Shown piece by piece: positions 55,929-64,000 of a stretch of DNA of 64,000 nt. Position 1 is the stretch's first letter. Every line of letters begins with the position of its first letter. The notes below the pieces were generated by a model. That model saw only the letters and a list, made by a program, of their open reading frames with translations. It had not been told where the DNA came from and did no database searches. The stretch spans positions 1,376 through 65,375 of the forward strand of contig JAISJM010000100.1 in assembly GCA_031261525.1 (NCBI GenBank). The letters are read 5' to 3'. The DNA is from Eubacteriales Family XIII. Incertae Sedis bacterium. GTDB lineage: Bacteria; Bacillota; Clostridia; Peptostreptococcales; Anaerovoracaceae. A program made the position numbers and the translations under genes.

Positions 55929-57005
55929 ATGCAGACAGAGATATTTGATTATAATTTACCAGAAGAGCTGATTGCGCAGCACCCGACTGCCAAACGCGAC
56001 GAATCCATGCTTCTTGTGATTGATCGTGAGACTGGCGCGCTGAGTCATGAGCATTTTTATAATATTATTGACCATTTGAGGCCGACAGACTTGCTCGTTG
56101 TCAACAATTCAAAGGTTATCCATGCGCGATTGATTGGTAGTAAAGTTTCGACAGGCGCCAAGATTGAGCTTTTTCTCATCAAAGACATTGGTGAGAATCA
56201 GTGGGAAGTGCTTGCAAAGCCGCTTAAGCGCCTACATATTGGCGATGAGATTGCTTTCGGAGCAAGAGCGACTGATGTTGATAAAATAGACAGAGACAAT
56301 GCTTGGTTAATTGCAACACTCGTCCGAAAAACGGACGAAGGAAGTTGTATTGTTCGTTTCGATTATGATGGCATTTTCATGGAAGTCCTTGAACGATTAG
56401 GCGATTTACCATTACCGCCATATATTCACCGAGATGCGGATGATTTCGATGAGAACAGGTATCAGACGGTATATTCAAAGAGACCTGGATCCGTAGCTGC
56501 ACCGACTGCAGGGTTACATTTTACAGAAGAATTACTGGATAAAATCACAAAAAATGGCATACAAATTGCACAAGTTACTTTGCATGTTGGACTAGGTACA
56601 TTCAGACCTGTAAAAGTAGACAATATTCTTGAACACAAGATGCATTCGGAGCAGTATTATATAAGTGAAGAGACCGCGAGGCTTATCAATGAGACAAAGG
56701 CCGATGGCGGCAGAATTGTCTGTGTTGGTACGACATCTGTGCGCACGCTTGAAAGTGCCGCAGTGCAGACTCCTGATGGATTTAGAGTCAAATCAGGGGC
56801 AAGGGATACAGACATTTTCATCTATCCAGGCTACGAGTGGAAGATGGTGGATGCATTGATTACCAATTTCCATCTACCGAAGTCTACACTTCTTATGCTT
56901 GTGAGTTCGTTTTATGACCGAGAGAAGATGCTTGCCGCATATCAAGAGGCAATTGACCACAAATATCGCTTTTTCAGCTATGGCGATGCGATGTTCATAC
57001 AATAG
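55929..57005 (+). CDS. queA: S-adenosylmethionine:tRNA ribosyltransferase-isomerase
   Basis: FDYNLPEELIAQHP, PPYI and AAPTAGLHFT are present. Confidence 0.9.
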   Translation: MQTEIFDYNLPEELIAQHPTAKRDESMLLVIDRETGALSHEHFYNIIDHLRPTDLLVVNNSKVIHARLIGSKVSTGAKIELFLIKDIGENQWEVLAKPLKRLHIGDEIAFGARATDVDKIDRDNAWLIATLVRKTDEGSCIVRFDYDGIFMEVLERLGDLPLPPYIHRDADDFDENRYQTVYSKRPGSVAAPTAGLHFTEELLDKITKNGIQIAQVTLHVGLGTFRPVKVDNILEHKMHSEQYYISEETARLINETKADGGRIVCVGTTSVRTLESAAVQTPDGFRVKSGARDTDIFIYPGYEWKMVDALITNFHLPKSTLLMLVSSFYDREKMLAAYQEAIDHKYRFFSYGDAMFIQ

Positions 57006-58196
<1,191 letters not shown>

Positions 58197-58288
58197 AATT
58201 GTTTGCTAATTTTACAAATACTCTATATAATATATAAAACATATATGTAAACTATGATATAAATGATGCGAAAGAAAAGAGGTATTAT

Positions 58289-59215
58289 ATGCCAATTCTA
58301 GTACAAAAGGGGCTTCCAGCCTATGACATATTAAAAGATGAAAATGTCTTCGTTATGAACGAAGAGCGTGCAGAAGCACAGGATATCAGACCGCTGAAGA
58401 TTGCAATTGTCAATCTCATGCCGACAAAAGAGGTCACCGAGACACAGCTTGTCCGAATGCTTGCCAACACACCACTTCAGGTAAATTTGCGCTTGCTGAC
58501 AATGGAGAGTCATGATTCTAAAAATGCCGACGCGCTTCATATGGAAAAATTCTATGAGACTTTCGATGATATCGTTCATGAAAAATGGGATGGTCTTATC
58601 ATTACAGGAGCACCTGTGGAGACATTGCCATTTGAATCTGTTGATTACTGGGAAGAACTTGTTGCACTCATGGAGTATTCCAAGACGAATGTATTTTCAA
58701 CGTTGCATTTGTGTTGGGGTAGTCAGGCAGCACTCTATCACCATTATGGGATTGGCAAGGTGCCACTTGAACAGAAAATGTTTGGTATTTTTGAGCATAA
58801 GGTTGTCGACAAGAAATCACCATTTATCAGAGGGTTTGATGACATTTTCTATGTACCTCATTCAAGGCATACAGACTTGCCAAAGGATAAAATCCTCGCT
58901 TGCCCTGATTTGAATCTATTGGCAGAGTCCGATGTGTCGGGTGTGCATATGATTGAGAGCAAAAACAGGCGTCAAGTATTTTTACAAGGTCATGCCGAGT
59001 ATGATTGGAATACACTCAAGCTCGAATATCTACGTGATTTAAAGAGCGGAGTTGATATCGAAAAGCCTGTGAATTATTTCACAGATGATGATCCTGACAA
59101 GGATATCGTCGTGCGCTGGAGTGGACATGGCAATGTATTTTTCTCAAATTGGTTGAATTACATCTATCAGGAGACGCCATATGATTTGGATGACTTGTCA
59201 AAATTAGAATGGTAA
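58289..59215 (+). CDS. metA: Homoserine O-acyltransferase (MetA family)
   Basis: MPI....LPA...L..ENVFVM and IRPLKIAIVNLMPTK are present, with the catalytic Cys context HLCWG. Confidence 0.9.
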   Translation: MPILVQKGLPAYDILKDENVFVMNEERAEAQDIRPLKIAIVNLMPTKEVTETQLVRMLANTPLQVNLRLLTMESHDSKNADALHMEKFYETFDDIVHEKWDGLIITGAPVETLPFESVDYWEELVALMEYSKTNVFSTLHLCWGSQAALYHHYGIGKVPLEQKMFGIFEHKVVDKKSPFIRGFDDIFYVPHSRHTDLPKDKILACPDLNLLAESDVSGVHMIESKNRRQVFLQGHAEYDWNTLKLEYLRDLKSGVDIEKPVNYFTDDDPDKDIVVRWSGHGNVFFSNWLNYIYQETPYDLDDLSKLEW

Positions 59216-59290
59216 TATGATGATTGACGAGCAGTGCTGCAAGTTTGTAATATCATTAAAAATGCGTTATAATGAATAAGTAAATACGGA

Positions 59291-59335
59291 CACAAAAATC
59301 GCCCGGAGATTTGGGCGATTTTTGTGTTTGTTGTG
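59291..59335 (+). terminator. Rho-independent terminator after metA
   Basis: cacaaaaatcgccc / gggcgatttttgtg forms a 14-bp stem followed by tttgttgtg. Confidence 0.7.
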
Positions 59336-59367
59336 ATGTTAAATTAATTTAAAAAAGAGGTAAGAAT

Positions 59368-61182
59368 TTGTCAAGAGAACAAAAGATAATCAATATCGCG
59401 GTAATCGCGCACGTTGATGCAGGAAAGTCCACATTGGTTGATGCACTGCTCGCACAGAGCCATGTATTTCGCGACAATGAGGTTGTCGTAGACTGTGTCA
59501 TGGATAGTGATAATATTGAGCGAGAGCGTGGCATTACAATTTATTCAAAGAATTGTGCTGTTATGCATGGCGACTACAAGATCAATATCGTTGACACACC
59601 AGGACATGCGGATTTCTCGTCAGAAGTAGAACGTATCATGCGTACGGTTGATACGGTCATCCTGCTCGTCGATTCGAGTGAGGGCCCAATGCCGCAGACT
59701 CGTTTTGTATTACAGAAATCGCTAGAACAAGGCTTGAATCCAATTCTCGTAATCAATAAAATTGACAAGAAAGATCGCAGAATTGCAGAAGTCGTAGATG
59801 AAGTCTATGAGTTATTCATGGACTTAAATGCAAATGACAAACAACTCGATTTTCCAATTCTCTATGGTATTGCAAAGCAGGGTATTGTAAGGTATCAGCC
59901 TGCAGATGAAGGTGACACAGTCGCACCATTATTTGACACAATCATCGATATGATTGGTTCTTATCCTGACAAAAATGACAGACATTTGCAGCTTCAGATT
60001 TCATCCCTCGGATACGATGACTATATTGGAAGACTTGGCATCGGTAGGGTGACATCTGGAACCGTGTCTGCTGGGCAGACTGTTTCTGTTGTCAACAATG
60101 ACGGCGTCATTACGAGAAAGAAAATCAACCAAGTTTTTACCTATATGGGGCTCAAGCGCGTTGCGAAAAATGTTGCTGAAAGTGGCGATATCGTTGTATT
60201 GTCGGGCATTTCCGACATTTCCATAGGCGATACGATTTGCGATGTTGATCACCCTGTCAAGTTGGACGAGATTACGATCGAAGCACCAACGATGTCCATG
60301 AACTTCATGGTCAATTCATCTCCATTTGCAGGGAAAGCTGGTAAATTTGTCACATCTAGACATATCAAAGAACGATTATTAAAAGAAACAGAGGTCAATG
60401 TTGGTCTCATCGTTGAAGATACCGATGCGACAGACAGCTTCAAAGTATCAGGACGAGGAGAGCTCCATCTATCTGTCTTGATTGAAAATATGCGTCGTGA
60501 GGGTTTTGAACTCGCCGTCTCAAAGCCTCAAGTCATCATGCACAAAGATGACAACGGCAAGCGCCTTGAGCCAATCGAGCAAGTCATCGTATCGGTACCT
60601 GACACCTATTCAGGCACGGTGATCTCAAAGCTCAATGTGAGAAAAGGTGTCATGACAGGCATGAGTTCTGACGGCAGTTATACAAGACTTGAATTTCTCG
60701 TACCTACGAGAGGGCTGCTTGGATATCGTACAGAATTTATCAACGACACAAGAGGAGAGGGCACACTCGTAAGGCGTTTCGATAGTTTCGAGCCATACAA
60801 AGGCGATATTCCGCAGCGTACAAATGGTGTTCTCATCGCATTGGAAGCAGGTACAACGACACCATATGCACTCAATTCAATTGTTGCAAGAGGCACCTTA
60901 TTTGTTGAGCCTGGCACGGATGTCTACGAAGGCATGATTATCGGCATGAATAACCGCATGGATGACATGGTCGTCAATCCATCCAAAGCTAAGAAGCAGA
61001 CCAATACAAGAGCCGCGGGCAACGATGACAGCGTAAAATTACCGCCAGCGTCCATCATGTCTTTGGAAGAAGCGCTTGAGTTCATCAATGATGATGAACT
61101 TGTTGAAGTCGTTCCAGGTGATGTACGCCTACGTAAACGCTATTTGAAAGAGCTGGATCGTAGACGTAGCGGAAGAAATTAA
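59368..61182 (+). CDS. typA: Translational GTPase TypA/BipA
   Basis: [17 protein letters not shown] and NKIDK are present. The product is 604 aa. TTG start behind agagg. Confidence 0.9.
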   Translation: MSREQKIINIAVIAHVDAGKSTLVDALLAQSHVFRDNEVVVDCVMDSDNIERERGITIYSKNCAVMHGDYKINIVDTPGHADFSSEVERIMRTVDTVILLVDSSEGPMPQTRFVLQKSLEQGLNPILVINKIDKKDRRIAEVVDEVYELFMDLNANDKQLDFPILYGIAKQGIVRYQPADEGDTVAPLFDTIIDMIGSYPDKNDRHLQLQISSLGYDDYIGRLGIGRVTSGTVSAGQTVSVVNNDGVITRKKINQVFTYMGLKRVAKNVAESGDIVVLSGISDISIGDTICDVDHPVKLDEITIEAPTMSMNFMVNSSPFAGKAGKFVTSRHIKERLLKETEVNVGLIVEDTDATDSFKVSGRGELHLSVLIENMRREGFELAVSKPQVIMHKDDNGKRLEPIEQVIVSVPDTYSGTVISKLNVRKGVMTGMSSDGSYTRLEFLVPTRGLLGYRTEFINDTRGEGTLVRRFDSFEPYKGDIPQRTNGVLIALEAGTTTPYALNSIVARGTLFVEPGTDVYEGMIIGMNNRMDDMVVNPSKAKKQTNTRAAGNDDSVKLPPASIMSLEEALEFINDDELVEVVPGDVRLRKRYLKELDRRRSGRN

Positions 61183-61211
61183 AATTGTACTGCTAAGAGA
61201 AAGGGAATATC

Positions 61212-61868
61212 ATGCAGACTTGGGAAAATGTTATCGGTGAGGAGTTTAACAAGCCGTATTGCAAGGAATTGCAACGATTCATTGGCGAAGAGTATCGCAC
61301 ACATACAATCTATCCACCCAAAGATTGCATTTTTAACGCTTTCAATTATACAGCATATGATGATATCAAAGTCGTAATCCTCGGTCAAGATCCCTATCAT
61401 GGTGAGAATCAAGCGATGGGATTGAGTTTTTCGGTACCAGAGACACAACGTACATGCCCGCCATCACTTCTTAATATTTTCAAGGAACTCGAATCCGATT
61501 TAGGGATTGCAATGCCAACAAATGGTGACCTTAGACCATGGGCACAGCAAGGAGTATTGCTCTTGAACACGGTGCTTACGGTAAAGGCGCACGAAGCGAA
61601 TTCCCACCGAGATGTTGGCTGGGAGACGTTCACGGATGCGGCGATTTCTGCAATCAATGAAATCAACCGACCAATTGTATTTTTATTGTGGGGGAAGCCT
61701 GCGCAATCGAAGACACGATTATTGAATAATCCAAATCATTTGATTCTCGAAGCGCCACATCCGAGCCCATTATCCGCTCATCGCGGATTTTTTGGGTGTA
61801 AGCATTTCTCTAAGGTCAATGATTATCTCCAATTGCATGGCGTGGAGCCGATAAACTGGGCCTTGTAA
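61212..61868 (+). CDS. ung: Uracil-DNA glycosylase
   Basis: GQDPYH, LLLNTVLTV and HPSPLSA are present. Confidence 0.9.
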   Translation: MQTWENVIGEEFNKPYCKELQRFIGEEYRTHTIYPPKDCIFNAFNYTAYDDIKVVILGQDPYHGENQAMGLSFSVPETQRTCPPSLLNIFKELESDLGIAMPTNGDLRPWAQQGVLLLNTVLTVKAHEANSHRDVGWETFTDAAISAINEINRPIVFLLWGKPAQSKTRLLNNPNHLILEAPHPSPLSAHRGFFGCKHFSKVNDYLQLHGVEPINWAL

Positions 61869-61902
61869 GAACGAATCAATCGAAGAAGAAAGGGAACAAC
61901 AT

Positions 61903-63138
61903 ATGAATCTATGTCCAAATGCTGAAGTATGCGGCGGTTGCACATACCAAGGCGTTCCGTATGCAGAGCAGCTCGAGATAAAAAATGCACAAGTCCTCGA
62001 GTCTCTACAAAAATACGACATTCGCATCGGTCAATATGTTCCGATGTTGCCATCGCCACATATCTATGGGTATCGTAACAAGATGGAATATACCTTTGGC
62101 GACGAGGTCAAAGATGGTCCGATGACACTAGGCATGCATCGCAAACGCAGTTACATGTCTGTCATCAACGTCGATGATTGCCAGATTGTCACAGATGATT
62201 TTAACTTAATCAGAAAATCAACCTTAGACTACATGACAGAAAAAGGCTATACCTTTCTCCACAAACGCAGCCACGAAGGTCTGTTAAGAAACTTAGTAAT
62301 CAGACGCGGCGAGCATACAAAGGAATTATTTATCAATATTGTTACATCTTCCCAAGGTGGATTTGATGCAAATGAATACAAAGACTTCCTTCTAAGCTTA
62401 GACACCGACGAAAATATCGTAGGCATCGTGCACTCCATCTTTGATGGCAAAGCGGATAAGGTTGATGCCGATGAGATGCATATCTTATATGGTCAGGATT
62501 ATTATTCAGACGAGCTACTTGGCTTAAAATTCAAAGTCAATGCGCTCGCATTTTTCCAAACCAATACATCTGCAGTTGAGTTGATGTTTCAAGATGCAAT
62601 TCAAATTCTGCGTGAAGAGACACTTGGTAATCTCTCATATAATCCAAACGATGTGACAACAGATGCTGCGACATTTGCAGGCGGTTCTGCGGATAACAAG
62701 AAACTCATCTTCGATGTATACTGCGGCACAGGCACCATTGGATTATCCCTCGCAGGCGCGGCGCGCGAAGTCGTCGGTATTGAGATTGTAGAAGATTCCG
62801 TAAAGGCAGCAACCAGCAATGCCGAAATCAACGGCATCACCAATGCGCGTTTCATCTGTGGTGACGCCCTAGAAGTCTTACAGTCGTTAGATGAAAAGCC
62901 AGAAGTCCTAATCGTAGACCCGCCACGCATGGGCATGCATCCAAAAGCGTTGAAGAAAATTATCAGCTATGACTTAGACGAGATTCTATATATCAGTTGC
63001 AATCCCAAGACATGGGCAGAGAACATGGCAACGCTGCAGGAATACGGTTACAAAGCGGATATTGTCCGTGCTTACGATAACTTTCCATTTACGAAGCATA
63101 TTGAGCTGGTGACTTTGATAACAAAGATTGGGAAATAA
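61903..63138 (+). CDS. 23S rRNA (uracil-C5)-methyltransferase, RlmD/RumA family, without a recognisable TRAM domain
   Basis: An N-terminal Cys cluster (CPNAEVCGGC), the SAM motif DVYCGTGTIGL and DPPRMG are present, with the catalytic ISCNP. Confidence 0.8.
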   Translation: MNLCPNAEVCGGCTYQGVPYAEQLEIKNAQVLESLQKYDIRIGQYVPMLPSPHIYGYRNKMEYTFGDEVKDGPMTLGMHRKRSYMSVINVDDCQIVTDDFNLIRKSTLDYMTEKGYTFLHKRSHEGLLRNLVIRRGEHTKELFINIVTSSQGGFDANEYKDFLLSLDTDENIVGIVHSIFDGKADKVDADEMHILYGQDYYSDELLGLKFKVNALAFFQTNTSAVELMFQDAIQILREETLGNLSYNPNDVTTDAATFAGGSADNKKLIFDVYCGTGTIGLSLAGAAREVVGIEIVEDSVKAATSNAEINGITNARFICGDALEVLQSLDEKPEVLIVDPPRMGMHPKALKKIISYDLDEILYISCNPKTWAENMATLQEYGYKADIVRAYDNFPFTKHIELVTLITKIGK

Positions 63139-63232
63139 AGACAGCAAAGATTGTTGATATATAAGGCTTTCATGATTTTGAGGGATTTGGGAGAATCGCT
63201 GTAATCGTGGGAGCCTTGTTTTTATTAGGTTT

Positions 63233-63469
63233 GTGGGAAACTATCATGGTGAAAAATTGGCACATAGTGGGTATACAGTTTTAAGGTGGAACATGGATAA
63301 CATCTTCATTCAGACTGACCCCGCAGGAAATATCAAAGCAGATAAAGAAAAATCCACGGAGAAGATTGACGGTGCGATTGCGACTATTATGGCACTTGAT
63401 GGAGCAATCAGTTGTGGCAATGATAACGGTGCAAGTGTCTATGATGATAGAGGATTGTTTGTGATTTAA
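63233..63469 (+). pseudogene. C-terminal fragment of a phage terminase large subunit
   Basis: LRWNMDNIFIQTDPAGNIKADKEKSTEKIDGAIATIMAL is the conserved TerL C-terminal end. Only about 75 codons remain and no upstream part is present. Confidence 0.6.
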
Positions 63470-63570
63470 AAAAGCTTACTATTGTTCCGTTAATTCGTTC
63501 TGTGTTATTCCAATAAGTTGCTATTGTTCCGATAAAAGGTTATAATTAGTGAAAGATTGGAGATGCGAAC

Positions 63571-64000
63571 ATGTATATTACCGTGAAACAAGCCGCCGAG
63601 AAGTGGGGGATTTCTGATAGAAGAGTTAGAATTCTTTGTGCTGAAGGAAAAATAGTTGGCGCAATTCAAACTGGACGCGCTTGGAAGATTCCTCATGATG
63701 CTGTAAAACCTTCTGATGGTAGGTACAAGTCAGAAGAGAATCAATTGAAAAAGATTGATGAAAAAAAACGTGAACTTGATTCAAAACGTCCATTAACTTC
63801 AGGGGAATTAGAGAGATTAACGGAAGAATTTATTGTAGAATATACTTATAATTCTAATGCGATTGAAGGGAATACTCTAACGCTTCGTGAAACAGATATG
63901 GTTTTACGTGGTCTTACCATTGATAAGAAACCGTTAAAAGACCATATGGAGGCGATTGGTCATAAAGAAGCATTTGAATTTGTTAGCAGTTTAGTGAAGG
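63571..64000 (+). CDS. Fic-family protein with an N-terminal excisionase/MerR-like HTH; 3' end cut by the window edge
   Basis: I translated this by hand; it is absent from the track because it has no stop in the window. The product reads MYITVKQAAEKWGISDRRVRILCAEGKIVGA...EYTYNSNAIEGNTLTLRETDMVL, which is Fic N-terminal region style. The promoter is TTGCTA, 17-nt spacer, TATAAT at 63518-63546. Confidence 0.7.
   Translation, partial: MYITVKQAAEKWGISDRRVRILCAEGKIVGAIQTGRAWKIPHDAVKPSDGRYKSEENQLKKIDEKKRELDSKRPLTSGELERLTEEFIVEYTYNSNAIEGNTLTLRETDMVLRGLTIDKKPLKDHMEAIGHKEAFEFVSSLVK

Overview
This window looks like a chromosomal segment of a monoderm Firmicute, probably Clostridia. The evidence is an LPETG sortase anchor, lipoboxes, an IspH-S1 fusion, a dockerin, a Firmicute-type Flp pilin and FtsEX next to a coiled-coil M23 peptidase. 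Coding is dense and almost entirely on the + strand. In order, the window holds: (1) the 3' part of an LPXTG surface protein. (2) A 4-hydroxybutyrate module (NifU-like, AbfD-like dehydratase, small Cys-rich ORF, CoA-transferase) with a perfect clostridial-type Rex box. (3) An ECF A1-A2-T module with no S component, followed by a methyltransferase, a THEP1-like NTPase and a Crp/Fnr regulator. (4) A locus of about 15 kb in two operons (10440-25610) encoding giant secreted GLUG/Ig-repeat proteins, a dockerin and a cohesin-like domain, five proteins with a sulfite-oxidase/MsrP-fold-like module, and an embedded MotA/ExbB-like plus ExbD-like (DUF2149-like) pair. This is my main candidate for an undescribed proton-motive-force-driven surface system. 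(5) A YtrA-type GntR/ABC operon, a TMEM175-like channel, tRNA-Arg(ACG), SanA and a thioesterase. (6) ftsEX-M23 and recJ. (7) A Tad/Flp pilus locus with no prepilin peptidase gene. (8) A DUF5685-like/J-domain pair. (9) Housekeeping genes: rarA, ispH-rpsA, argR, recN, ruvCAB, queA, tgt, metA, typA, ung, rlmD-like. (10) A phage terminase remnant and a 3'-truncated Fic gene. Several perfect intergenic tandem-repeat arrays and a duplicated intergenic cassette are also present. All family assignments come from motif recognition by eye; no searches were run.
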